This document shows, in pieces, positions 10,802 through 20,078 of a stretch of DNA of 64,000 bases. The notes beneath the pieces were generated by a model, which searched no databases, was not told where the DNA came from, and worked only from the letters and a program-made list of their open reading frames with translations. This DNA is from an uncultured Alphaproteobacteria bacterium (GTDB taxonomy: Bacteria; Pseudomonadota; Alphaproteobacteria; Rhizobiales; Methyloligellaceae): NCBI GenBank assembly GCA_963750975.1, contig CAVVSX010000016.1:123-64122 (forward strand), written 5' to 3'. The translations under genes were made by a program, and so were the position numbers. Position 1 is the stretch's first letter, and the number at the start of each line of letters is the position of its first letter.

Positions 10802-11173
10802 ATGTCTGCCCAGCGGAACGTCTATGGCGAGCCGCTGAAGAGCTGTTCCGACCGTCCGTTGACCGGATTCTTCCGCACCGGTTGCTGTCACACCGGACCC
10901 GAGGATGCCGGGCAGCATACGGTCTGCATCGAGGTGACGGCGGAGTTCCTCGCCTTCTCCAAATCGCGCGGCAACGATCTCTCCACGCCGCAACCCGATT
11001 TCGACTTCCCTGGCCTCAAGCCCGGCGACCGCTGGTGCCTGTGCGCCGCGCGCTGGCGCGAGGCGCTGGAAGCGGGACGTGCGCCGCGCGTGATTTTGTC
11101 GGCGACGCATGAGGATACGCTCGAGGTGGTAGAGCTGACCGACCTGAAGCGCTACGCCATCGACCTGGCCTGA
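10802..11173 (+). CDS. DUF2237 family protein
   Basis: NVYGEPL-C, TGFFRTGCC and LKPGDRWCLCAARW motifs. Confidence 0.85.
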   Translation: MSAQRNVYGEPLKSCSDRPLTGFFRTGCCHTGPEDAGQHTVCIEVTAEFLAFSKSRGNDLSTPQPDFDFPGLKPGDRWCLCAARWREALEAGRAPRVILSATHEDTLEVVELTDLKRYAIDLA

Positions 11174-11188
11174 GCAGCGGTTAATCCG

Positions 11189-11749
11189 ATGGCGAAGAAA
11201 AAGCAGTCTGAGACCAAGAAGCCCGAGACACCCGCGCAAGCCCGCGCGCGGAAGAAGCGGCAGATCTTTGCCGAAGGGCATAAGCGGAAATTCCTCGTGG
11301 TGGTCGACGAGACGCCGGAATGCGAGAGCGCGCTTGCCTTCGCCGCCAGCCGGGCGCTGCGCACGCAGGGCCAGCTCGCACTGCTCTACGTCATCGAGCC
11401 CGACGTCGATTTCCAGTGGCTCGGCGTCGAGGACGTGGCGCGCGAGGAAGGTCACAACAAGGCCAAGGCGGTATTCCGCCTGTTCGGGCGGAAGCTGAAA
11501 GCCATGGGCTTCGAGGACCTGATCCCGGAGGAGATCGTGCGTGAAGGCATGAAGGCCGAGGAGATCACCACGCTGATCGAGGACGACGAAGATATCGGCG
11601 TGCTGGTGCTCGGCGCCTCGAAGGATCCGTCAGGACCAGGTCCGCTCGTCACCACGCTCGCGGTCGGCAGGCTGGCCGGCACCTTCCCGGTGCCGATCAC
11701 CGTGGTGCCCGGCCATCTCTCGATCGAGGAGATTCTCGCACTCGCCTGA
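11189..11749 (+). CDS. Universal stress protein (UspA family)
   Basis: KFLVVVDETPEC, VLVLGA, GPGPLV and PITVVPG motifs. Confidence 0.85.
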   Translation: MAKKKQSETKKPETPAQARARKKRQIFAEGHKRKFLVVVDETPECESALAFAASRALRTQGQLALLYVIEPDVDFQWLGVEDVAREEGHNKAKAVFRLFGRKLKAMGFEDLIPEEIVREGMKAEEITTLIEDDEDIGVLVLGASKDPSGPGPLVTTLAVGRLAGTFPVPITVVPGHLSIEEILALA

Positions 11750-11799
11750 GCGGACGGCCGCGTTCGTCAATCCCGGGCAAAGCTCGAACCATCGAGGTC

Positions 11800-12183
11800 A
11801 TGATGATCCGTGACTATGCCGACCATGCCGCCAACGAGCGCACGTTTCTTGCCTGGCTCCGCACCGGCATTGCCGTCGTTGCGTTCGGCTTCGTGATCGA
11901 GAAATTCAATCTGTTCGTTCTCACGCTGGCCGGCGCGACCTCGCTCGATGCGGCCGCTCGTTCGCATTTCGAGAAATTGCCTGGGCCGTTCGGTTTCGGC
12001 GCCGGGCACGCCTTTATTGTGGTCGGCATCCTGGTCATACTCATCGCCACCATCCGCTTCGTGCGCACCGGGCGCCTGCTGGACGATCAAGCGATCCACA
12101 CTCCTGGCATTCTGCCGGACCTGGCTTTCGGTGTGACACTTGCGCTCCTCCTCATCGTCCTCAGCTTCTACCTGATCGCGTGA
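11800..12183 (+). CDS. DUF202/YidH family membrane protein
   Basis: DHAANERTFLAWLRT motif. Confidence 0.85.
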   Translation: MMIRDYADHAANERTFLAWLRTGIAVVAFGFVIEKFNLFVLTLAGATSLDAAARSHFEKLPGPFGFGAGHAFIVVGILVILIATIRFVRTGRLLDDQAIHTPGILPDLAFGVTLALLLIVLSFYLIA

Positions 12184-12253
12184 GTCCAAACTGGCGACCA
12201 ACCTCAATGGATAGGCTCAGCCTTGACTTTGGACCTTGTGAGGCCAAGTATGG

Positions 12254-12270
12254 TCTAGAATTGTTCTAAG
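12254..12270. promoter_or_regulatory. Iron control element (ICE, Irr-binding site)
   Basis: TCTAGAATTGTTCTAAG versus consensus TTTRGAAYNRTTCYAAA, about 50 bp upstream of nifU. Confidence 0.65.
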
Positions 12271-12321
12271 CTGCGTGTGACCTTTGTCAGGCTCGCGCGT
12301 TAAGCGGCGAAGAGGCGCAAG

Positions 12322-12885
12322 ATGTTCATCCAGACCGAAGCAACCCCCAACCCAGCCACCCTGAAATTCATTCCAGGCAAGCCGGTGCTCGACCAGGGCA
12401 CAGTGGAGTTTCTCGATCCCAACGCCAGCAAGACCTCGCCGCTCGCGGCCCGGCTGTTCGAGATCGAGGGCGTCAAGGGCGTGTTCTTCGGCACCGATTT
12501 CATCAGCGTGACCAAGGGCGACGGCGAGTGGCAGCATTTGAAGCCGGCCATTCTCGGCGCCATCATGGAGCACTACCTCTCGGGCGAGGCGGTGACCGAG
12601 GGCGAGCAGACCGGCTCGGAAAGCTCCGCCGGCGGCGAGTTCTATGCGCCCGAGGACGAAGAGACGGTCAAAACCATCAAGGAACTGCTGGAGACGCGCG
12701 TGCGTCCTGCCGTGGCGCAGGACGGGGGCGACATCACCTTCCAGGGCTATCGCGAGGGCGTGGTCTATCTGCATATGCGCGGCGCCTGCTCGGGCTGCCC
12801 AAGCTCGACCGCGACGCTCCGCCACGGCATCGAGAATTTACTCAGGCACTTCATTCCCGAAGTGCAGGAGGTACGGCCGGTTTGA
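12322..12885 (+). CDS. nifU: NifU/Nfu family Fe-S cluster scaffold/carrier
   Basis: [11 protein letters not shown] start; DGGDI and GACSGCPSS motifs. Confidence 0.9.
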   Translation: MFIQTEATPNPATLKFIPGKPVLDQGTVEFLDPNASKTSPLAARLFEIEGVKGVFFGTDFISVTKGDGEWQHLKPAILGAIMEHYLSGEAVTEGEQTGSESSAGGEFYAPEDEETVKTIKELLETRVRPAVAQDGGDITFQGYREGVVYLHMRGACSGCPSSTATLRHGIENLLRHFIPEVQEVRPV

Positions 12886-13472
12886 GTGGGGCTCTGCCTG
12901 ACGCCTGTCTCGACCAGCTGTTCCGCGAGGCGCGCACTCATAACACTTGGCAGGACCGCGAGGTCCCCGACGAGCTGCTGCACCGCATCGTCGATCTGCT
13001 GAAGCTCGGCCCGACCTCGGCCAATTGCAGCCCTGCCCGCTTCGTGTTCGTGAAATCGCGCGCGGCCAAGGACCGGCTCAAGCCGCATCTCTCCGACGGC
13101 AATCGCGACAAGACGATGAAGGCGCCGGTCTGCACCATCATCGGCTACGATCTCGACTTCCATCAGCACCTGCCCAAGCTGTTTCCACACACCGACGCCA
13201 AGAGCTGGTTCGAAGGCAAGCCGGCGAAGATCGCCGAGACCGCGTTCCGCAACGGCACGCTGCAAGGCGCTTATCTGATCATGGCCGCGCGGGCGCTCGG
13301 GCTCGATTGCGGGCCAATGTCGGGCTTCGACAATCAAGGCGTCGATGGCGAATTCTTCGCCGGCACCAACGTCAAGTCGAACTTCCTCTGCAATCTCGCC
13401 TATGGGGACGCCAAGGACCTGTTCCCGCGCTCGCCTCGCTTCAGCTTCGACGAGATGGCGCAGATCGTCTAA
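12882..13472 (+). CDS. Malonic semialdehyde reductase / nitroreductase (RutE-like)
   Basis: [20 protein letters not shown] and [11 protein letters not shown] motifs; TTG start overlaps the nifU stop. Confidence 0.85.
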   Translation: MSGALPDACLDQLFREARTHNTWQDREVPDELLHRIVDLLKLGPTSANCSPARFVFVKSRAAKDRLKPHLSDGNRDKTMKAPVCTIIGYDLDFHQHLPKLFPHTDAKSWFEGKPAKIAETAFRNGTLQGAYLIMAARALGLDCGPMSGFDNQGVDGEFFAGTNVKSNFLCNLAYGDAKDLFPRSPRFSFDEMAQIV

Positions 13473-13481
13473 GACACCGCC

Positions 13482-14171
13482 ATGAACGTCCTCGCGCTCG
13501 ACACCAGCATGGGCGCCTGCTCGGCCGCGGTGCTCGCGCTCGACGGCTCGGCGCGCAGGCTTGTCCTGCGCGAAGCCTTAATGGCGCGCGGCCATGCCGA
13601 GGCGCTGATGCCGATGGTGGCAGAGGTGATGGAAGAGAGCGACACGGCCTTCGCCGATCTCGATCTCATCGCAGCGACAGTAGGCCCGGGAAGCTTTACC
13701 GGTGTGCGCATCGCCATTGCCGCCGCGCGCGGTCTGGCGCTCGTGACTGACGCCAGACTGTTCGGCACTGACAGTCTCTCGGTGATGGCGCGGAGCGCAT
13801 TGGTGAGCGGCGAAGTGGGCTCGGCACCTTTTGCGATAGCGGTCGATGCCAGGCGCGGCATGATCTATCTCGGGCTGTATGACGAAGCGGCTCAGAAGCT
13901 CGAAGGGCCAGCGTTGATCGCGCCCGACGAGGCGCTGCACTTGCTTCCGCCGGAGCTTGTCACGGCAGCCGGAAGCGGTGCTGAGCTGCTCGCCGCAGCC
14001 GGCGCGCGGCAGGGACGCACCATCGCCACGACCCTGCCGGAGCTTCAGCCAAGCGCGGGAGCACTCGCCGAAATCGCCGCTGCGAGTGGCGAGACCTTGC
14101 CGACGCTCAAGCCACTTTATCTGCGGCCGCCGGATGCAAGGCCGCAGGCGCAAGCGGTCTCGAGGCGCTGA
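13482..14171 (+). CDS. tsaB: tRNA threonylcarbamoyladenosine biosynthesis protein TsaB
   Basis: LALDTS, GHAEAL, GPGSFTGVRI and PLYLRPPDA motifs. Confidence 0.92.
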   Translation: MNVLALDTSMGACSAAVLALDGSARRLVLREALMARGHAEALMPMVAEVMEESDTAFADLDLIAATVGPGSFTGVRIAIAAARGLALVTDARLFGTDSLSVMARSALVSGEVGSAPFAIAVDARRGMIYLGLYDEAAQKLEGPALIAPDEALHLLPPELVTAAGSGAELLAAAGARQGRTIATTLPELQPSAGALAEIAAASGETLPTLKPLYLRPPDARPQAQAVSRR

Positions 14172-14674
14172 TGGCGGTCGAGATCGCGATCCATCGCGCC
14201 ACGCCGTTCGATGCGTTGGTCTTGGCGGCACTGCACGCGAGCTGCTTCGCGCAGGCGTGGGACGAGGCGGCGATGGCGCAGTTCATCGCCGGGCCCGACA
14301 CGCTTTGCCTCGTTGCCTCATCGGTCGACCAATCGGCAGGCGCGCCCGCGGGCTTGCTCATCGCCCGCAAGGCTGCCGACGAGGCCGAGCTCCTCACCTT
14401 CGGCGTGGTGCCAGACTGCCGGCGCATGGGTCTTGGCCGGACGCTGCTTCGGGTCGCGATGGATGCTTTGCGGACGAGCGGAGCGAAGCGGCTTTTCCTC
14501 GAAGTCGAGGAGGGAAACCTCGCGGCGCTGCAACTTTATCGGTCGCTTGGTGCAATCCCGGTCGGTCGACGGCCCGGCTATTATCGGCATGGCGTCGACG
14601 CCACGATCTTCAGCCTTGCCCTTTCCAGCAGCCCCGAAGATGATGGCGCGGCCCTGGCGAGACGGCAGGCATAG
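14171..14674 (+). CDS. rimI: RimI-like GNAT N-acetyltransferase
   Basis: DEAELLT, RRMGLG, LFLEV and RPGYY motifs; position directly after tsaB. Confidence 0.75.
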   Translation: MAVEIAIHRATPFDALVLAALHASCFAQAWDEAAMAQFIAGPDTLCLVASSVDQSAGAPAGLLIARKAADEAELLTFGVVPDCRRMGLGRTLLRVAMDALRTSGAKRLFLEVEEGNLAALQLYRSLGAIPVGRRPGYYRHGVDATIFSLALSSSPEDDGAALARRQA

Positions 14675-14680
14675 CGACCC

Positions 14681-15115
14681 ATGCCCAAGACTGCATTAGC
14701 GGATAGCAGGATAGAGCGTCTCTGCGCGGAAAAGGGCATGCGCATGACCGGCCAGCGGCGAACCATCGCCAAGGTGTTGTCCGAAGCGGAGGATCACCCC
14801 GACGTGGAGGAGGTTTACCGCCGCGCCAGCGCGCGCGACCCGCGTATCTCGCTTTCCACCGTCTATCGCACCGTGCGCCTGCTCGAGGGCGCCGGCATTC
14901 TCGAACGGCACGAGTTCGGGGATGGGCGAGCGCGTTACGAGCCGGCTGGGCTCGGCCATCATGACCATCTCATCAATATGAAGACCGGCGAGGTGATCGA
15001 GTTCTCGAACGAACAGATCGAACGCCTGCAAGAGGGCGTGGCGAGCGAACTCGGGTTCCGGCTGATCGGGCATCGGCTCGAGCTGTTCGGCGTGCCGCTC
15101 AAGACCGGCAAATAA
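14681..15115 (+). CDS. fur: Fur family transcriptional regulator (Fur/Mur)
   Basis: DHPDVEE, STVYRT and HHDHLI motifs. Confidence 0.88.
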   Translation: MPKTALADSRIERLCAEKGMRMTGQRRTIAKVLSEAEDHPDVEEVYRRASARDPRISLSTVYRTVRLLEGAGILERHEFGDGRARYEPAGLGHHDHLINMKTGEVIEFSNEQIERLQEGVASELGFRLIGHRLELFGVPLKTGK

Positions 15116-15192
15116 CCAAACTCCTGCGTGGCCGGACCGGATTTTTGGCCGGACTCCGCTGAATTTGACTCTGACCGCCGCCAGAGCCAACG

Positions 15193-15208
15193 TTAAGGAG
15201 TTGTTTAC
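15193..15208. promoter_or_regulatory. CtrA-like binding site
   Basis: TTAA-N7-TTTAC, one mismatch from TTAA-N7-TTAAC, just upstream of a small secreted ORF. Confidence 0.4.
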
Positions 15209-15220
15209 CCAAAAAAGGGG

Positions 15221-15481
15221 ATGGGCGTGATGTTGAAGCGCGTTATTTTGGCTGGTTTTATCGCGGTGCTCGGCGGGGTGGCGCAAGCCGGGCAGGATCA
15301 GGTGGTGAAACCCGAGACTGGCTTGGTCCCGGTCGTCACGCACGAGGTCTGCACCACGACCAATTGGGGTTTCGGCGAAATCCGCACCGAGTGCCGGACG
15401 GAGGAAAGCCTGGCGCCGAAACCCAGTCAGTCGCTGAAAGGCATCTGCACCACCTATTACGGCCGCCGAACCTGCTATTGA
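15221..15481 (+). CDS. Small secreted hypothetical protein with four Cys
   Basis: Signal peptide ending AQA; CTT...C motif occurs twice. Confidence 0.65.
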   Translation: MGVMLKRVILAGFIAVLGGVAQAGQDQVVKPETGLVPVVTHEVCTTTNWGFGEIRTECRTEESLAPKPSQSLKGICTTYYGRRTCY

Positions 15482-15516
15482 TCGCGAGATCGAAGCGACC
15501 GTAACGGCTAAATGAG

Positions 15517-16311
15517 ATGAGAAGCTTGCGCGCGTTCCTGGTGCTCAGCGCCTTCTTCGCCTTGACCTTTCCCTTGATGCCGCTCCAGCTCCTGTTTGTC
15601 AGGACAGGCTCGCGTTATGCCCGCAGCTTCCCGCATTGGTACCATCGGCAAGTGTGCAGGCTGGTCGGCATCCGCCTCAATATCGAGGGAGAGATCGCCG
15701 AACAGCAGGGCGTGCTCATCATCGCCAACCACGTGTCTTGGCTCGATATCACCGTGCTCTCGGCCGTGGCGCCGGTGTCGTTCGTGGCCAAACAGGAGGT
15801 CGCGTCCTGGCCGTTCGTCAGCTGGCTCGCCAAGCTGCAGCGCTCGGTGTTCGTCGATCGCAACCGGCGCAACGAGGTCGGCGACAAGGCCAACGAAATT
15901 CTGGAGCGGCTCGCCGGCGGCGATCATATCGTGCTGTTCGCCGAAGGAACCTCGAGCGACGGCAACAGCGTGGTGCCGTTCAAGACTGCCTTGTTCGCGG
16001 CGGCCAAGCCTGTCGGCGGCGCACCGATGGGCGCCAAGGTCTCGGCGCAAACCCTGGCGCTCACCTATCCCAAGATCTACGGGCTGCCGCTTTGCCGCCG
16101 CGGGCGCCACGTGATCGCCTGGTATGGCGACATGGACATGGCGAGCCATGCCTGGCGGCTGCTCGGGCTCGGGCCCATCGATGCGCATATCCGCATCGGA
16201 CCGCCGGTTCCACTCGATGCATTTCCCGACCGCAAGGCGCTCGCCCGTTACGCCGAGGACAAGGTGCGCAAGGACGTGGTCGAATTGTTGCGCGGGCCGC
16301 CGGCGGCGTAA
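15517..16311 (+). CDS. olsA: Lysophospholipid / lyso-ornithine lipid acyltransferase (PlsC family)
   Basis: NHVSWLD, FVAK and FAEGTS motifs; position after fur and presence of olsB in the window. Confidence 0.7.
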   Translation: MRSLRAFLVLSAFFALTFPLMPLQLLFVRTGSRYARSFPHWYHRQVCRLVGIRLNIEGEIAEQQGVLIIANHVSWLDITVLSAVAPVSFVAKQEVASWPFVSWLAKLQRSVFVDRNRRNEVGDKANEILERLAGGDHIVLFAEGTSSDGNSVVPFKTALFAAAKPVGGAPMGAKVSAQTLALTYPKIYGLPLCRRGRHVIAWYGDMDMASHAWRLLGLGPIDAHIRIGPPVPLDAFPDRKALARYAEDKVRKDVVELLRGPPAA

Positions 16312-16312
16312 G

Positions 16313-16342
16313 CGTGGGCAACGGACATCGCCGTTGCCCACG
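16313..16342. terminator. Perfect 12-bp-stem hairpin (REP-like / bidirectional terminator) between convergent genes
   Basis: CGTGGGCAACGG-acatcg-CCGTTGCCCACG. Confidence 0.65.
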
Positions 16343-16354
16343 TAACACCGAGAA

Positions 16355-16930
16355 TTACATCGCCCGACGCAGCCGGATCGTGTCGAGCACGGTGGCCGGC
16401 GCGAGGTTGCCGTTCGGCAGCTGCCGGATGAGGCCCGCCTTCACCACGTTGAGCAGCGTGGTGTGGACGCCGCGATCAGCGGTGTCGGCGTCGGCGAAAT
16501 AGCCCTCCTGCAGCGACAGCCGCCGGAGATCGTCACGCGACATGGCGCCGACCTCGTTCAGCTTGCGTACCAAGAAGTCGGACAGCGGCAGCTCGGGTTG
16601 AGCCGGCGGCGGAGCCGGCCGATGTGAAACATGCTGGACCGGAGCAGGCTGGTGGGCGACATGTTGGGACGCCGGGTGGCTCGCATGGTACTGCACGGGC
16701 TCGCGCACCTGCACTTTCGGCGCGGCGGGCGCTGGCGCAGTCGCCAGCCGGCGGAGCTCGACCTCAATCAGTCGGTTCACCGCCTCAAGCTCGGCCTTGA
16801 GATCCTCGAGCCTCGCATCATGCTCCTGCTTGAGCTGATCGAGCAGTTTGTCGAATTGAGCCTCGTGGGCATTGATCTGCTCTTCAAGCAGTCCGGCCCG
16901 GTCTTGCAAATCCCCGCGAATGTCACGCAT
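16355..16930 (-). CDS. Hypothetical protein: coiled coil, Pro/His/Gln linker, possible winged-helix C-terminus
   Basis: GAGGGG RBS and typical codon usage; heptad-like N-terminus; QHV.H.PAP repeats. Confidence 0.7.
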   Translation of the reverse strand: MRDIRGDLQDRAGLLEEQINAHEAQFDKLLDQLKQEHDARLEDLKAELEAVNRLIEVELRRLATAPAPAAPKVQVREPVQYHASHPASQHVAHQPAPVQHVSHRPAPPPAQPELPLSDFLVRKLNEVGAMSRDDLRRLSLQEGYFADADTADRGVHTTLLNVVKAGLIRQLPNGNLAPATVLDTIRLRRAM

Positions 16931-17290
16931 TGCTTGCCCCTCGTTAGAAATAGGTGTTCGGACAACCGAGCGGGCTGGAGCAGCTTCACGCAAGACCAGA
17001 TGAGAACTGCCGGCCGCCGAGCTCGGCTAGAGAATAAGGGCCCGGCAAATTGCCTCGGCCGGACCCTTGGACCGCATATTAACCACAGGCGCGGGCGCCT
17101 GTCTCGGCTTTGCCGTTTGCGGCAGAAACGCACAGCATAACCGCCGGCCAGCGGCCGATTTTCCGGCCCTTCGTCTTGCCCCGCGGTGTTTCCCCAAGAC
17201 GAGGCCAAGACCCCGGCTGAACAAAAAAATCGAAATCGGCACGCGGGAAGACGTGATCTTGGCGAAATGGCCCGCGCCCGGACGCTGCCC

Positions 17291-18529
17291 TCAGCGCTTT
17301 GCTCGCTTGGCGGGAATTTTTGGCTTCGCCATCTCCGGCAGGAAGGCCGCAAGTAGACCGATCGCCGGCAGGAAGGCGCACACATGGTAGACGAAGCCGA
17401 TCGAGGTCTGATCGGCGAGCCAGCCGAGAAAAGCCGCACCGATGCCGGCCACGCCAAAGGCGAGACCGAAGAAAAGTCCGGCCACCATGCCAACGCGGCC
17501 CGGGATCAGGCTCTGGGCGTAGACGATGATCGCGGGGTGCGCGGACGCGAGGATCAGGCCGATGATGACGCTCAGGATCGCCGTGCCGAACAGGCCGACA
17601 TAAGGCAGCGCCAGCGTGAATGGCAGCACGCCCATGATCGACCACCAGATCACGCGCCGCGTGCCGATGCGGTCGCCGATCGGACCGCCGATCACCGTGC
17701 CGGCAGCAACGGAAAACAGGAACAGAAACAGGTAAAGCTGGGCGTTCTGCACCGACAGCCCGAAGGTATGGATCAAATAGAACGTGTAGAAGCTGGTGAT
17801 GCTGACGAGATAGAAGTCCTTGGAGAAGGTGAGCGCCATCAGGAGGGCGACGGACTTCCGCACCTTGCCGTGCGTCAGCTCGTGGATCGCTTCGCTCTCG
17901 CTCGGTCGCGCCCCCCCATTGTTGAATTTCAGCGTCTTGCCGTACCAAGAGCCGATGCCGGCAAGCATGATCATGGCGATCAGCGCCACGATGGAAAACC
18001 AGGCGACGCTGCCCTGCCCGTAGGGCAGCACGATGAACGCCGCCAGCAGTGGACCGAGCGCGGTGCCGAAATTGCCACCAACCTGGAACACCGATTGCGC
18101 GAGGCCGTGCTGGCCGCCGGACGCAAGCCGGGCCACGCGGGACGACTCTGGATGAAACACTGAGGATCCCATGCCGATCAGCCCGACCGCCACCAGGATC
18201 AGGCCGTAGGTCGAGGCGAAGGCGGCAATGATCAGGCCAAGCAGCGAGCACCCCATGCCGAGCACGAGCGAATAGGGCGTGGGGTAACGGTCGGTCACGA
18301 AGCCGACCAAAGGCTGGAGCAGCGACGCGGTGAAGGTAAAGGTGAAGGTGATCAGCCCGATCTGGCGGAAGTCGAGCGCCAGGCTCTGCTTGATCATGGG
18401 GTAGAGAGCCACGATCAGCGACTGGATCACATCGTTCAGCATGTGACAGATACTGATGGCGGCGAGCACCGCGACCGCGGTGGCTGGGGCGGCCGACGCG
18501 GCCGCGGGGCTTCTTGTCTCGATCGCCAT
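17291..18529 (-). CDS. fsr: MFS transporter, fosmidomycin resistance (Fsr) family
   Basis: HMLNDVIQS, FHPESSRVAR and QSVFQVGGNFG motifs. Confidence 0.85.
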   Translation of the reverse strand: MAIETRSPAAASAAPATAVAVLAAISICHMLNDVIQSLIVALYPMIKQSLALDFRQIGLITFTFTFTASLLQPLVGFVTDRYPTPYSLVLGMGCSLLGLIIAAFASTYGLILVAVGLIGMGSSVFHPESSRVARLASGGQHGLAQSVFQVGGNFGTALGPLLAAFIVLPYGQGSVAWFSIVALIAMIMLAGIGSWYGKTLKFNNGGARPSESEAIHELTHGKVRKSVALLMALTFSKDFYLVSITSFYTFYLIHTFGLSVQNAQLYLFLFLFSVAAGTVIGGPIGDRIGTRRVIWWSIMGVLPFTLALPYVGLFGTAILSVIIGLILASAHPAIIVYAQSLIPGRVGMVAGLFFGLAFGVAGIGAAFLGWLADQTSIGFVYHVCAFLPAIGLLAAFLPEMAKPKIPAKRAKR

Positions 18530-18550
18530 GGTGCAGACCTAAGGGCTTGA

Positions 18551-19411
18551 TCAGCGCGGGGTCAACAGCACATAGGCGGCGAAGCGCTTCATCCGCTCAC
18601 GGCGGCTGCGTGAGACGAAAAGATCGACAAAGGTCAGCCAGAGTTTCAGGTGCAAGGGCAGCGGAATCGGCCTGCCAAGCCGCTCGGCTTCCTCGGCGAT
18701 GTAGCGGACCTCCGAGGCGCGCCAGCCCCCCTCGTCGAAGAAGGCAAACCAATTCGGCGGCGTGAACTGAAATGGCGCGTTGCGCATGAAGCGGGTGCGA
18801 TGCTTGTGCCCGTAACGCAGCGCCTGCGGCGAGAAATAGTCGACGATCCAAAAGCGGATCTTCGCGACAGCCCGCAGATCGTCGGCCAGCTCGAACACGT
18901 CGCCGTTGCTCAGATAGGGCACGACGCCTTCGGTCAGCACCAGGACTTTCCCGGCGCCTTCACTGACCTCGGCGAGAAGCTGCCGCCGCAGGGCGCGGTC
19001 GGTGAGATCGAGCCTGACCCGATCGAGCCGACAATTGGGGCGCTCGTCGGCAAGCCGCAACTCCTTGAGATCGATCACGTGCGGGAAGTCCACCTCGACC
19101 CAGCGCAGCGTGTTTGGCAGCTCCATCCGGTAGGGTCGCGTATCGAGGCCGGCGCCGAGATTGAGAATTGTGTCGACCCCCTGCTCGATTGCCTCTTTGA
19201 TGAACTGGTCGATGATCACCGTGCGGATCACGACCGACCAGCCGCCGACGAAGGCCTTGGGCACGGTTTCGAGGATCTGGCGTCCATGGTCGCCGGCCAG
19301 CGTCCAGGCCAAGCGGTCGCGGAATAGGGGCTCGGGTCGGTCGCTCTCCAGCGCGCGGAAGCCGGCGACCATGAAAGCCGTGTCGGAGGCGTGCTGAATA
19401 ATTTGATTCAT
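18551..19411 (-). CDS. LCM-family class I SAM-dependent methyltransferase (copy 1)
   Basis: [28 protein letters not shown] and TEGVVPYL motifs. Confidence 0.85.
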   Translation of the reverse strand: MNQIIQHASDTAFMVAGFRALESDRPEPLFRDRLAWTLAGDHGRQILETVPKAFVGGWSVVIRTVIIDQFIKEAIEQGVDTILNLGAGLDTRPYRMELPNTLRWVEVDFPHVIDLKELRLADERPNCRLDRVRLDLTDRALRRQLLAEVSEGAGKVLVLTEGVVPYLSNGDVFELADDLRAVAKIRFWIVDYFSPQALRYGHKHRTRFMRNAPFQFTPPNWFAFFDEGGWRASEVRYIAEEAERLGRPIPLPLHLKLWLTFVDLFVSRSRRERMKRFAAYVLLTPR

Positions 19412-19582
19412 CGAGACTCGTTGCTTGTGGGGGTGGACGAGGCTGAAAGCACGGGCGGGCAGAATTGCGGCGAACTTGACCCTTTCCGCAAGCGTTCATT
19501 GCCGCAGCGCGCCCAATAGCCGCGCACGGGGCCTGGCGCTATGCATAGGCTCCCGCGCTTACGCTAATTGACGGACGGTCCG

Positions 19583-20071
19583 ATGCAGCCCCTCTTGATC
19601 CTGAAGCTCTTGGCCCTCGTGGCCGTGGCCAATGGAACGCCGGTTCTCGCCAAAAGACTGCTTGGCGAGCGTCTCGCCCGCCCGCTCGACGGCGGCGCGG
19701 TGTTCGTCGATGGGCGGCCGCTGTTTGGGCCCAGCAAGACCATCCGCGGGATCGTCCTCTCGCTCATCGCCACGCCGCTTGCCGCGTGGCTCATAGGGCT
19801 GACGTGGCCACTCGGCGTTGCCGTCGCGGCCTTGGCGATCGCTGGCGATCTGTTTTCGAGCTTCGTGAAGCGGAGGATGGGACTGGCATCGAGCAGCATG
19901 GCGATTGGGCTCGATCAGATCCCCGAGTCCCTCTTGCCGCTACTTGGCGCCCGGGTCTTCGTGCCGCTGGGTTGGCTCGATATCCTCCTCGGCGTGGCGC
20001 TGTTTTTCGTCGGCGAGCTCATCCTCTCCCGCATCCTGTTCGATCTCAATTTGCGCGACCGTCCCTATTGA
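19583..20071 (+). CDS. CDP-archaeol synthase-like (CarS/DUF46) membrane cytidylyltransferase
   Basis: ANGTP, PLDGG, FGPSKTIRG, GDLFSSFVKRR and LDQ motifs. Confidence 0.8.
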   Translation: MQPLLILKLLALVAVANGTPVLAKRLLGERLARPLDGGAVFVDGRPLFGPSKTIRGIVLSLIATPLAAWLIGLTWPLGVAVAALAIAGDLFSSFVKRRMGLASSSMAIGLDQIPESLLPLLGARVFVPLGWLDILLGVALFFVGELILSRILFDLNLRDRPY

Positions 20072-20078
20072 GACGGTT

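Noticed and set aside
12528-12881. N-terminal extension of the nitroreductase overlapping nifU
   Set aside because: Out-of-frame overlap; homology begins at TTG 12882
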